Source: Pristiophorus japonicus (lineage: Eukaryota). Taken from it: DNA of 64,000 bases. A program made the translations under genes and the position numbers. The stretch is taken from contig NC_091984.1 in assembly GCF_044704955.1 (NCBI RefSeq), positions 147,746,001 to 147,810,000 of the forward strand, in the 5' to 3' direction. Within the stretch, counting starts at the first letter, position 1, and each line of letters begins with the position of its first letter. The notes under the pieces were generated by a model. That model was not told the DNA's origin. It worked only from the letters and a program-made list of their open reading frames with translations, and searched no databases. Of this stretch, positions 24,236-37,100 are shown one piece after another.

Positions 24236-26160
24236 TTGGCCGCATCCTCCGCCAGGATCAACTGAGAAATGTTCCGCACTCGTGGTGGGTCAGTGGCAGG
24301 TAGACTCCCTGCCAGAGGAGCTCAGGCCTTTTGCCTAGACCACGACCCATCTCCTCTATCTGGGAGTCTACCTTAGCCCTGACGAGGAAGCTTGGCCGGC
24401 GAACTGCCAGGAGCTGGAGGCCAAAGTCGCCGCTCACCTAGGGCGCTAGACAGGACTGTTCCGAATGCTGTCCTACAGGGGTCCAGTGCTAGTCATAAAC
24501 CAGCTGGTGGTCGCTATGCTGTGGTACCGGCTGGTCACTTTGACCCCTCCCCCTGCGTTTGTCGCCAAGATACAGAAGAAGCTGGTGGACTTCTTCTGGA
24601 ACAACAGGAAACATTGGGTCTTTGCTGCGGTTTTAAGTCTCCCGCTTAGGGAGGGCGGTCAGGCGTCCGTGTGCATCAGTACCCAGCATGCGACTTTCCA
24701 TCTTCAGACCCTACAGAGATACCTGTACGTCGAGCCCCCTCCTAGGTGGCGTGCGCTGGTGACGTATTTCTTCCGCCAGCAGTACTGCCTCAATTATGAC
24801 ACGCAGCTCCTGTTTGTGAGCCTGGGAGGCATCAGGACCCCCATACGGGGGCTTCCTGTCTTTTACCAGGAATTCATCAGAGTCTGGAACAGTGTTGCCA
24901 CCAAGCGCAGGTCTCCCCCGTCTGGAGTGGCAGCTGTCCTGCAGGAGCCGCTGCTCAGGAATCTGTACCTCCATGACCGCGGTTTTAGGTGGCAGGCAGA
25001 CAAGAGTGCTGTGGCTGGCGAGGTGACCAGGGTCAGGGATCTGCTCGATGACGGAGGAGTGGGCTGGATGGTGCCAGACGTGGTAGGATGTTGCCTAAAC
25101 TGGGTCAACATCCAGCGCGCGGCCAATGCCATCGAGTCGCTAAAAACAGCAATGGTCCCTGACTCCGTTAGGTGTGCCGAGGAGGCTCAAGCACGTGGGC
25201 CGATCCCCTCCGAACTGACCCCCATCCAGACAGAATTCCTCATCGCACCAAGCCCCGAAACCTCCTTTGGGAGCCGGCGCCTCCCAACTTGAGCCTCCAT
25301 CTGGGAAATCCCCTCCGTGCCTTTCAGTTCTGCATGGAGGGGTTTCCTGTACAGGCTTCTCCTGCACACTCTCAACCTTGCCATCCTCGTCTGCCATCCA
25401 GACACACCATGGCATACCATCTTGTCGTCCGGAGGAGGCGGGGGTCCCCAGTGGAGTGCACTCTACGCGGGAGTCCTCCCTCTATTTATTGGGGACTTGG
25501 CCTGGAGGGTGTTGCACGGAGCAGTCCCGTGCAATAAGTTTTTAAGTTGGTTCACGGGCTCCCAGGCCGCCTGCAATTTCTGTTGTCTGGAAGAGTCCGT
25601 GTTCCTTGTTTTTATGGAGTGTGTGAGGTTGCAGCCCCTCTTCTGTTATTTGAAGGGGCTGCTCCTCAAATTCTGGTTGCACTTCAGTCCCATACTCCTG
25701 ATCTTTGGGCACCCTATGCGGAGAGGAGCGGGCAGATCAGAAGGCCTCCCCGTAGGACTGCTCCTAGGCATGGGCAAGGTGGCCATCAGCCGGTCCAGGC
25801 AGCGGGCGGTCGAAGGGGTCATTCATCCTGACTGCCTGCCTCTCTTCCGCGGTTACATCCGAGCCAGGGTATCCCTGGAGCTGGAGCACGCGGTGTCCAC
25901 CGGTACGCTCGCGGCATTCCACGAGAGGTGGGCACCGGAGGGACTGGAGTGCATCATCACCCCCGGCAACCAAATTTTAACTTGATCATTTAATTTTATA
26001 GTTTAATTTGTTTAATTTGCCAGTTTTAGTGCCCCCCCTTTTTGGCCCAGGGGACACTTGTATAATTTGTGTGTTGGTGCCCTCAAAAAAAAAGGGCACT
26101 GGAAAAATGTATCTTGGTGTGTGACCCTCCCCCCGCCTCCCTACAGGGGGCATTTGTTTA
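24236..26160 (+). mobile_element. Tx1/L1-clade LINE, ORF2 C-terminal half and 3' UTR
   Basis: ORFs 24465-25292 and 25317-25985 with LSY.G.VLVIN and the C..C...ES...F..C zinc-knuckle remnant. Confidence 0.82.
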
Positions 26161-26184
26161 AAGTGCACAAATAAAATAGTTGTG

Positions 26185-29070
26185 GGAAATAGGTCCTTCT
26201 TAACCACTCTATCTCGGCCCCTCATAATTTTATACACCTCAATTAAATCTCCCCTCAGCCTCCTCTGCTCCAAAGAAAATAACCCAGCCTATCCAATCTT
26301 TCATCATAACTAAAATTTTCCAGTCCTAGTAACATCCTCGGAAATCTCCTTTGTACTCTAGCTGTGGCCGAACTAGTATTTTAAACAGTTATAGCATAAC
26401 CTCCCTGCTCTTATATTTAATGCCACGACTAATAAAGGCAAGTGTCCCATATGCCTTCTTAGCCACCTTATCTACCTGGCCTGCTACCTTCAGGGATCTG
26501 TGGTCCTGCACTCCAAGGTCCCTTTGTTCCTCTACACTTCTCAGGGTCCTACCATTTAATGTGTCTTCCCTTGCCTTGTTAGCCTTCCCCAAATGCATTA
26601 CCTCACAGTTCTCTGGATTGAAATCCATTTGCCACTGTTCTGCCCACCTGACCAGTCCATTGATACCTTCCTGCAGTCTACAGCTTTCTTCCTCACTATC
26701 ATCTGCAAACTTCTTAATCATGTTCCAGACATTGAAGTCTAAATCATTGGTGTATATTCCAAAGAGTAAGGGACTTAGTACTGAGCCCTATGGAACCCCA
26801 CTCGAAACAGCCTTCCAGTCACCAAAACGCCCGTTGACCATTACACTTGGCTTCCTGCCACTGAGCCAACTTTGGATCCAACTTGCTACTTTCCCTTGGA
26901 TCCCATGGGCTTTTACTTTTCTGCCACATGAGACTTTGCCAAATGCCTTGCAAAAATCCATGTAGACTACATCAAAGGTGCAATACTCATCGACCCTCCT
27001 TGTTATCTCCGCAAAAAATTCACTCAAGTTAGTCAGGCACGACCTTCCCTTAACAATTCCATGCTGACTGTCCTTGATTAATCTGTCGCTTTCTATATGA
27101 CAATTTATCCTCTCCCTCAGAATTGTTTCCAATAATTTTCCCACCACCGAGGTTAGGCTGACTGGCCTGTAATTACTCGGTCTATCCCTTTCTCACTTTT
27201 TAACCAAAGGTACACGTTAGCAGTCCTCCAGTCCTCCGACACCACACCTGGAGCCAGAGAGGATTGGAAAATGATGGTCAGAGCCTCTGCTATTTCCTCC
27301 CTTGCTTTTCTTAACAACCTGGGATACATTTGATCTGGGCCTGGTGATTTATCCACTTTCAAAGCTGCTAAGCCCCTCAATACTTCCTCTCTCACTATGT
27401 TTATCTTATCTCATATTTCACACTTCTCCTCCTGAATTACAATGTCTGCATCGTCCCTCTCTTCTGTGAAGACAGATGCAAAGTATTCACAAAGAACCAT
27501 ACCCACGTCTTCCGTCTCCACACACAGGTTATCTTTTTGGTCTCCAATAGGCCCCACTCTTGCCTTGCTCTTTATGTATTTATAAAACATCTTTGGGTTT
27601 TCCTTGATATTACTTGCCAATATGTTTTCATGCCCTCTCTTTGCATTCCTAATTTCCTTTTTAATTTCACCCCTGCACTTTCTAAACTTCTCTGGGCTTT
27701 CTGCAGTATTTAGCTCTGTGTATCTGACATAAGCTTTCCTTTTTTGCCTTATCTTACCCTGTATGACCTATGCCATCCAGGGGGCTCTAGATTTGGGAGT
27801 GCCACCCTTTTCCTTTGTGGGAACATACTTGCTCTGAACCCTCACTATCACCCCGTTGAATACCTCCCACTGCTCTGACACTGATTTACCTTCAAGTAGC
27901 TGTTTCCAGCCCACTTTTGCTAAATCACCTCTCAGCTTAGTAAAATGGGCCTTTCCCCAATTGAGAACCTTTATTCCTGCTCTATCTTTGTCCTTTTCCA
28001 TAACTACGCTAAATCTAACTGAATTATAATCACTAGCACCAAAATGCTCTCCCACTGATGCTCTTTCCACCTGCCCAGCTTCATTCCCTAAAACTAAGTC
28101 CAGAACTGACCCCTCCCTTGTACTGGCTATAAAAGTTCTCCTGAATGCATTTGAAGAATTCTGTGACCTCTATACCTTTGACACTGATTCCATCCCAGTT
28201 AATGTGAGGGGAGTTGAAATCCCCGACTATTGCTGCCCGATTGTTTTTGACGTTCTCAGCAATTTGCCGACATGTTTTCTCTTCTATCTCCCTCTGACTG
28301 TTTAGGGGTCTATAGTACACTCCGAGCAGTGTGATCGCCCCTTTTATGTTCATCATTTTAACCCATATGGACTCATTTGATGATCCTTCTAACATATCCT
28401 CCCTCTGTCAGAGGTGCTGTCTTTCAGATGAGACGTTAAACCAAAGTCCCGTCTGCCCTCTCAGGTGGACATGAAAGATCCCATAATTACTACTGGAAGG
28501 GCAAGGGGGTTCTTCCCAGTGTCCTGGCCAATATTTATCCCACAACAAACATCGTTAAAACTGATGATCTGGTCATGATCTCATTGCAGTCTGGGAGCTT
28601 CATAGAATCAGAGAAATTTACAGCATGAAAGGAGGCCATTCAGCCCATCGTGTCCACACCGGTCGACAAACATCTATCCAGCCTAATCCCAGCTCTTGGT
28701 CCGTAGCCCTGTGGGTTACGGCATTTCAAGTGTACATCCAAGTACTTCTTAAATGTGCTCAGGGTTTCTGCCTCTACCATCCTTTCAGGCAGTGAGTTCC
28801 AGACCCCACCACCCTCTGGGTGATGACATTTCCCCTCAAATCCCCTCTAAATCTCCGACCAATCACTTGAGATCTATGCCCTGGTTATTGAGCCCTATGC
28901 TCAGTGAAATAGGTCCGTCTTATCCATGCTATCTAGGGCCCTCATAATTTTATACAGCTCAATAAGGTCTCCCCTCAGCCTCCTCTGTTCCAAAGAAAAC
29001 AACCCCAGCCTATCCAATCTTTCCTCATAGCTAAAATTTTGCAGTCCAGGCAACACCCTCGTAAACCTTC
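26185..29070 (-). mobile_element. Decayed CR1 ORF2 (26185-28400), SINE fragment and CR1 3' end (28600-29070)
   Basis: GVYYRP, GDFN, KSPGPD, KFADD motifs. Confidence 0.87.
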
Positions 29071-29622
29071 CTGTGTGCAATTGTTTGTGAAGCAACTTCG
29101 GAAGTCCTGAGGTTGTGAAAGGCGCTATATAAATTCAAGGCTTTCTTTCATTGAAGTGGGTGGGCCCTGATCCTGACTCTCAGCCATTGTCCGCGCACTC
29201 TGACCTTCCAGGAGGTCACGGGATCATTGGGAGCAGTGACCCTGCCTGACCCCGGTACACTGAGGCTAATTGTCGCCTCACCATTGACCTCACCCCGGTG
29301 CTGGGCAGCAAGCTTTTAAATGCAATCTAGAAGCTTCTACACCGACACCCAACATGAAGCCTTGCTGAAGTGTGTTTATACAAGTGTGTCGCAATGTTCC
29401 CGGATAAAGTTCTCCCGATCTGTGTGTGATCTGAGCTTTCTCACTGCTGAGCCTGTTTCCCCTGTATCCACCCATCTACAGTTCGAGCTTCCTGCCAGTG
29501 AACAGTGTCTTAACGGGACACTCAGTCTTTACCGACTCTTACTGTTAACCATATCAGTGCTGAATGTGTGCCAACCCTGCACTGCAGATGTTTATACAAC
29601 AGTCCAATCTGATTTTGAGTAT

Positions 29623-30085
29623 CAGCTGTGACTCACTGTGTTGCACTCTCGCCTCGGAGTCAGAAGGTTGTGGGTTCAAGTCCCACTCTACGGACTTGAG
29701 CACAAAAATCGAGGCTGACACTCCAGTGCAGTGCTGAGGGAGCGCCGCACTGTCGGAGGGGCCGTCTTTCGGATGAGATGTAAAACCGAGGCCCCGTCTG
29801 CCCTCTCAGGTGGATGTAAAAGATCCCTTGCCACTATTTTGAAGAAGAGCAGGGGAGATCTCCCCGGTGTCCTGGCCAATATTTATCCCTCAACCAACAT
29901 GACAAAAGAACAGATTATCAGGTCGTTATCACATCGCTGTTTGTGGGAGCTTGCTGTGCGCAGATTGGCTGCCGTGTTTCCCACATTACAACAGTGACTA
30001 CACTCCAAAAGTACTTCATTGGCTGTAAAGTGCTTTGAGATGTCCGGTGGTTGTGAAAGTTGCAATATAAATGCAATATTTCCTT
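29623..30085 (+). mobile_element. tRNA-headed Deu-domain SINE (SacSINE1-like); related pieces at about 22225-22380, 23620-23940, 28405-28600, 35015-35345, 40135-40430, 44835-45735, 47060-47245
   Basis: Box B GGTTCAAGTCC, core gtgctgagggagcgccgcactgtcggagg...gtcctggccaatatttatccctcaac, L2-like tail. Confidence 0.75.
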
Positions 30086-30313
30086 TTTATTTAATCACCT
30101 TAACATCAAACGCATTTATATTTAGATCAAACTGATCAAGTGAGGCAAAGAAGATTAAGAATTAGTGTTGCTCACCTCTAATGGTTAATCACCAGCCAGG
30201 AGTTCATTAACCCAACTCTCCGTTATCAGATGTGAATTATCCCCACACGGAAACACCCACAGAGACACACACACTAATATACACCTATTAAACATCCTTC
30301 TCCTCCCTTTCAG

Positions 30314-30642
30314 GCCGAGGGAAGACACCACCCACGCTGACCCTGCTGCCCCCCTCCCCGGAGGAGGTCACGACCAAGGGCACTGCCACCCTGGTGTGCC
30401 TCGCCGATCACTTCTACCCCGATGCGGTGGAGGTGGAGTGGAAGAAGGACGGAGCGACCATTTCGGCCGGGGTCCAGACCAGCGACTACCTGCGAGCTTC
30501 GGACAACACCTACAGTGTCAGCAGCCTGCTGACCCTCTCTGGCTCCGACTGGGAGTCCAACGCCAGCTTCTCCTGCAGCCTCACCCACGAGAGCCTCTCC
30601 TCTCCCCTCAGCAAGGGGGTCAGGAGAGCAGAATGTGCGTAG
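30314..30642 (+). CDS. IGKC: Ig kappa-type constant exon ((S)RGKTPPTLTLLPPSPEEVTTKGTATLVCLADHFYP...YSVSSLLTLSGSDWESNASFSCSLTHESLSSPLSKGVRRAECA*)
   Basis: Acceptor tcccttt-cag ending 30313; phase 1 matches J; C1-set motifs ATLVC, FYP, W, YSVSS, FSC; penultimate inter-chain Cys; TAG 30640-30642. Confidence 0.97.
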
Positions 30643-30804
30643 TGTGTCAGGGACAGTCCGCGGGGGAGACACAACTTTAAATAGAACAGGGGGTGAGCCG
30701 GGAGGGCAAAGGTCATTGTCAGCACTGCATTTCTACTTTCTTCCTTCTCGGGACTGGGTCAGGGAAAGCATCTGAGTGTCAGGGGGTAAGGCACGTTATT
30801 GGGG

Positions 30805-30944
30805 CAGTGTCGAGGGAGCTTTACTCTGTATCTAACCCGTCCTGAACATGCCCTGGGAGTGTTTGATGGGACAGTGTAGAGGGAGCTTTACTCTGTATCT
30901 AACCCGTGCTGTACCTGCCCTGGAAGTGTTTGATGGGACAGTGT
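30805..30944. repeat. 67-bp tandem repeat (about 2 copies) in the 3' UTR
   Basis: cagtgt(c/a)gagggagctttactctgtatctaacccgt... units start at 30805, 30872 and 30939 (partial). Confidence 0.85.
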
Positions 30945-31234
30945 TGACTCGTGCTGCCAAGTAAAACCTCTCGAAGATGCTGAAGACTGTCAGCAGAGTA
31001 AAACTAATGTTAAACTGCGAAGTGCCGCTTCAGTAAGCAGACCCCCTCCCTGCTCACCCTGCTGTTACAATTCAAGGTTTTGTCCCCGTTTAAAGGGACA
31101 GGATTCTCACGGTGTGGAGAAAATCCACACAACTGTTTTAATGAAGCTGCATTCTCCCTGTGAATGTCTCCAGCTCACTCTCGCTGGGCTGTTTATTCAA
31201 GTCATGTTTCTCTAAATGTGAATCTGTAAAAGGC

Positions 31235-31240
31235 AATAAA
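31235..31240 (+). terminator. Probable poly(A) signal of the light-chain mRNA
   Basis: AATAAA about 600 nt after the stop, followed by GT-rich gtctgtgtctgg. Confidence 0.7.
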
Positions 31241-31944
31241 CATGAAGAATATTCAGTCTGTGTCTGGCGAGTGCTTTGGAAATGTCCCACCTCCCCCTCA
31301 GCTGGATTGGCTGCATTTCAGTAAGTGTCTGTCCTGATTGGCTAGGTGGGCTGTCAATCAATGGCACGTCAGCAGGAGATTTGTTTTAAAGCCAATTATC
31401 AATCATTTTAAAACGATCAATTTGACCTCGAACCCCTGGAGTGCACAAGATTAAACACAGAGACACTAAAAGCTGCTGGGATTAAACCCTCCCAGTCTGA
31501 GCATTGGCTCTCACTCTGCACACTGGGGGTGTTGGGGCAGCCCCGATCGTGGGATCGCACTGTGCACTTGTGCTGACTGCTGGGAGCAATCTGGGGGCAG
31601 GAGGCCAAGGTCACAACGTTGCATTCTCTCTCCTTAACGTGTGGCTTGTGGCAGCAGCACAAAACTGTACCGAGTGAGGCCTCAGCTTCGGGAGAGGAGC
31701 AGTCAGTGTATCACTGTGTACATGTCCCTGAATGTTAGTGTGTCTTACCCAGCACCGCATGTCGGTGTGTGTGTGTGAGTGTTACCCAGCACTGTTATGT
31801 CGGCCTGAGGAGTGCTCCGCGGTGATGCGCTCTTTAAGGGACTGTGGGGGAGGAGGGGAGTGGAGGGGTGACCTGGGCGGATGATCAGGGGCTGACCTTG
31901 TGTGGAATGGTGGGGACCAGGGCGATCGCAGGGGTGTTCTCAGG

Positions 31945-33975
31945 GAGTCTCACCAATACCCTGTACAGATGTAGCAGGACTTCTCTGCTTTTATACTCCA
32001 TCCCCCTGACAATAAAGGGCAACATTACATTAGCTTTCCTGATCACTTGCTGTACCTGCATACTAACTTTTTGTGTTTCATGCACCAGGACCCCCAGGTC
32101 CCTCTGTACTGCAGCAGTTTGCAAGTTTTCTCCTTTTAAATAATAAATTGCTTTCCTATTCTTTCTGCCAAATGGATAACCTCACATTTCCCCACATTAT
32201 ACTCCATCTGCCAACGTTTTGCCCACTCACTGAGCCTGTCTATATCCCTTTGCAGATTTTTAGTGTCCTCCTCACAATGTGCTTTCCCAGCCACCATCAT
32301 AGGCAGTCCCTCGGAATTGGGGAAGACTTGCTTCCAATCTTAAAATGAGTCGTTAGGTGACTGAACAGTCCAATACGAGAACCACAGTCCCTGCCACAGG
32401 TGGGACAGACAGTCATTGAGGGTAAGGGAGGGTGGGACAGGTTTGCTGCACGTTCCTTCCGCTGCCTGCACTTGATTTCTGCATGCACCGTGGCGATGAG
32501 ATGCGAAGTGCTCAGCGCCATCACAGATACATTTCCTCCACTTCGGGAAGTCTTTGGCCAGGGTCTCCCAGGTGTCAGTGGGGATTTTGCACTTCATCAG
32601 GGAGGCTTTGAGGGTGTCCTTGTAACGTTCCTCTGCCCACCTTTGGCTCGTTTGCCGTGAAAGAGTTCCGAGTAGAGCGAGTATTCAAAAAGGAGTTAGA
32701 TGTAGTCCTTACTACTAGGGGGATCAAGGGGTATGGCGAGAAAGCAGGAATGGGGTACTGAAGTTGCATGTTCAGCCATGAACTCATCGAATGACGGTGC
32801 AGGCTCGAAGGGACGAATGGCCTACTCCTGCACCTAGTTTCTATGTTTCTATGTTTGGGTGTCTTGTATCTGGCATGTGGACAATGTGGCCTGCCCATGG
32901 AGCTGATCAAGCGTGGTCAGTGCTTCAATGCTGGGGATGTTGGCCTGGTCGAGGACACTAATGTTGGTGCGTCTGTCCTCCCAGCAAATTTTGCTACTTT
33001 ACACTCAGTTCCTTCGTCATTAATAGAGATTGGAAATAATTGAGGCCCCAGCACCGATCCCTGTGGCACCTCACTAGTTACTGTTTGCCAAAGGGAAAAT
33101 GACCCATTTATCCTGATTCTCTGTTTTCTGTTAGTTAGCCAATCTTCTATCCATGCTAATATAATACCCCCAACCCCGTGAACTTTTATCTTGTGTCTTT
33201 TATGTGGCACCTTATCGAATGCCTTCTGGAAATCCAAATACACCACATCCACTGGTTCCCCTTTATCCACCCTGCTCGTTACATCCTCAAAGAATTCCAG
33301 CAAATTTGTCAAACATGATTTCCCTTTCATAAAACCATGCTGACTCTGCTTGATTGAACTACGCTTTTCCAAATGTCCTGCTACTGCTTCCTTAATAATG
33401 GACTCCAGCATTTTCCCAACGACAGATGTTAGGCTAACTGGTCTATAGTTTCCTGCTTTCTGTCTGCCTCCTTTTTTAAATAGGGGCGTTACATTAGCTG
33501 TGCGTGCTTTGGAGAGGGCGTTAAAAGGAGCGGCGACATCCAGAATACCAGATTTTGCCTCAATTCAACAACAACAACCTGTATTTATATAGCACCTTTA
33601 ACGTAGTGAAACGTCCCAAGGCACTTCCCAGGAGTATTATGAGATACAAAATTTGACACCGAGTCACATAAGAAGAAATTAGTGTAGGTGACCAAAGAGG
33701 TATGTTTTAAGGATCGTCTTGAAGGAGGAAAGAGAGGTAGAGAGGCGGAGAGGTTTAGGGAGAGAGTTCCAGAGCTTGGGGTCTCGGCAACAGAAGGCAT
33801 GGCCACCAATGGTTGAGCGATTATAATCAGGGATGCTCAGGAGGGAAGAATTGGCGGAGCACAGACATCTCGGGGGCTTGTGGGGCTGGAGGAGATTACA
33901 GAGATAGGGAGGGGTGAGGCCATGGAGGGATTTGAAAACATTGATGAGAATTTTAAAAATTGAGGCATTGCTTAA
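31945..33975 (-). mobile_element. Nested CR1, RTE 3' end (about 32295-32960) and L2-like 3' fragment (about 33570-33975)
   Basis: CR1 RT motifs; CPTCGRDCGSRIGLFSH RTE C-terminus; (aac)n-tailed L2 end. Confidence 0.8.
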
Positions 33976-34199
33976 CCTGAAGCTGATGACGGTCTCTACC
34001 CTCCCCTTTCCCCCGCCCCTCAGAGCTGCTCCCAAGCCTCGCTCCCTCCCCTCCCTCACTCCTGCCCTCCTCACACCCCATCCCTCCTTCTCCCTCCCCC
34101 CAATCCCAACCCTCCCATCCATCACCCTGCACTCCCTCCCCACCTTTGTGCCCCCCTACCTCACATGCCCCTCCTCCCCCCCCCATCCCCTCCGTTCCT

Positions 34200-37100
34200 C
34201 CCAAACTGGAGTAGCCCATTCGGCCCCTCGAGCCTGCTCCACCATTCAATGAGATCATGGCTGATCATTTATCACAACTCCACTTTCCTGCACTGTCCCC
34301 ATATCCCTCGATTCCCTTAATATCCAAAAATCTATCGATCTCCGTCTTAAATATACTCAACGACTGAGCCTCCACAGCCCTCCGGGGTAAGGAATTCCAA
34401 CGATTCACTACATTTTCTGAGTGAAGAGGTTTCTCCTCATCTCAGTCCTAAATGGAGGACCCCTTATTCTGAGACTGTGACCCTTGGTTCTAGACTCCCC
34501 AGCCAGAGGGAACATCTTCCCTGCATCTACCCTGTCAAGCCCTGTCAGAATATTGTATGTTTCAATGAGATCCCCTCTCATTCTTCGAAACACTAGAGAG
34601 TATAGGTCTAGTCTACTCAATCTCTCCAAAGGACAATCCCCTATCCCAGATGTTCGTCTGATGTGTCAGCGTGTTTGTCACACGTGACGGAGCAGACAGC
34701 AGGAGTTCCACCAGCAACACAGGACGTTACCTCAGTGCCCGGCCCACTTTCCCCATCCACTTACCTCATTCTTACAGGTAAACGGGCTCAGCACCTGCCC
34801 TCGGCCGGTGAAATGTCTCCCCTCTACACCACAGGCTGCCCGTCATCTGTTCCCCATCTCACTACTGAAGGCACTACCTCTGGCTGGGGCACAGCTCCCC
34901 TCCCCAAGTGGGCTCACTCTCCCAGTGTGAGCCCAGAGACTGAGCTCCCAAGTGGGCTCACTGTCCCAGTTTGAGCCCAGATACTGAGCATTTCAGGCTA
35001 ATCGACCGTGAGGTGTCAGCCGTGGCTCAGTCACTAGCACGCTCGTCTCTGAGAAAAGGAAGAAAGACTAGCATTTATATAGCGCCTTTCACAACCGCCA
35101 GACATCCCAAAATGCTTTACAGCCAATGAAGTAATTTTTGAAGTGTACTCACTGTTGTAATGTCGGATATGCAGGAGCTAATTTGTGCAAAGCAAGCTCC
35201 CACAAACTGCAATGTGATGATGACCAAATAACCTGTTTTTGTCATGTTGATTGAGGAATAAATATTGGCCAGGACACCGCAGTGGGATTTGAACCCTCAA
35301 ATTCTGACTCAGAGACGAGGGTGCTACCAACTGAGCCACTGGCTGACTCCATTCGGCCCATCTTGTCCGCGCTGGCCGTCAAAGAGCTATCCAGCCTAAT
35401 CCCACTTTCCAGTTCTAGGTCCGTAGCCCTGTAGGTTACGGCACTTCAAGTGTCTATCCAAGTACTTCTTAAACCACCCCCACCATCCTCTGGGTGAAGG
35501 CATTTCATAAGAACATAACAACATAAGAATTAGGAACAGGAGTAGGCCATCTAGCTCCTCGAGCCTGCTCCACCATTCAACAAGATCATGGCTGATCTGG
35601 CCGTAGACTCAGCTGCACTTATCCGCCCGCTTCCCAGAACCCTTAATTGCCTTATTGGTTAAAAATCTATCTATCTGTGATTTGAATACATTCAATGAGC
35701 TAGCCTCAACTGCTTCCTTGGGCAGAGAATTCCACAGATTCACAACCCTCTGGGAGAAGAAATTCCTTCTCAACTTGGTTTTAAATTGGCTCCCCCATAT
35801 TTTGAGGCTGTGCCCCCTAGTTCCTGTCTCCCCGACCAGTGGAAACAACCTCTCTGCCTCTATCTTGTCTATCCCTTTCATTATTTTAAATGTTTCTACA
35901 ATATCACCCCTCATCCTTCTGAACTCCAACGAGTAAAGACCCAGTCTACTCAATCTATCATCATAAGGTAACCCCCTCATCTCTGGAATCAGCTGAGTGA
36001 ATCGTCTCTGTACCCCCTCCAAAGCTAGTATATACTTTTTAAAAAAGGAGGGAGAGAGAAAACAGGGAATTATAGACCGGTCAGCCTGACCTCAGTAGTG
36101 GGTAAAATGATGGAATCAATTATTAAGGATGTCATAGCAGTGCATTTGGAAAATGGTGACATGATAGGTCCAAGTCAGCATGGATTTGTGAAAGGGTAAT
36201 CATGCTTGACAAATCTTCTGGAATTTTTTGAGGATGTTTCCAGTAAAGTGGACAAAGGAGAACCAGTTGATGTGGTATATTTGGACTTTCAGAAGGCTTT
36301 CGACAAGGTCCAACACAAGAGATTAATGTGCAAAGTTAAAGCACATGGGATTGGGGGTAGTGTGCTGACGTGGATTGAGAACTGGTTGTCAGACAGGAAG
36401 CAAAGAGTAGGAGTAAACGGATACTTTTCAGAATGGCAGGCAGTGACTAGTGGGATGCCGCAAGGTTCTGTGCTGGGGCCTCAGCTGTTTACATTGTACA
36501 TTAATGATTTAGACGAGGGGATTAAATGCAGTATCTCCAAATTTGCGGATGACACTAAGTTTGGTGGCAGTGTGAGCTGCGAGGAGGATGCTATTAGGCT
36601 GCAGAGTGACTTGGATAGGTTAGGTGAGTGGGCAAATGCATGGCAGATGAAGTATAATATGGATAAATGTGAGGTTATCCACTTTGGTGGTAAAAACAGA
36701 GAGACAGACTATTATCTGAATGGTGACATATTAGGAAAAGGGAAGGTGCAACGAGACCTGGGTGTCATGGTACATCAGTCATTGAAGGTTGGCATGCAGG
36801 TACAGCAGGCGGTTAAGAAAGCAAATGGCATGTTGGCCTTCATAGCGAGGGGATTTGAATACAGGGGCAGGGAGGTGTTGCTACAGTTGTACAGGGCCTT
36901 GGTGAGGCCACACCTGGAGTATTGTGTACAGTTTTGGTCTCCTAACTTAAGGAAGGACATTCTTGCTATTGAGGGAGTGCAGCGAAGATTCACCAGACTG
37001 ATTCCTGGGATGGTGGGACTGACCTATCAAGAAAGACTGGATCAACTGGGCTTGTATTCACTGGAGTTCAGAAGAATGAGAGGGGACCTCATGGAAACGT

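Noticed and set aside
29623-29690. tRNA gene
   Set aside because: SINE head continuous with SINE body; no complete cloverleaf
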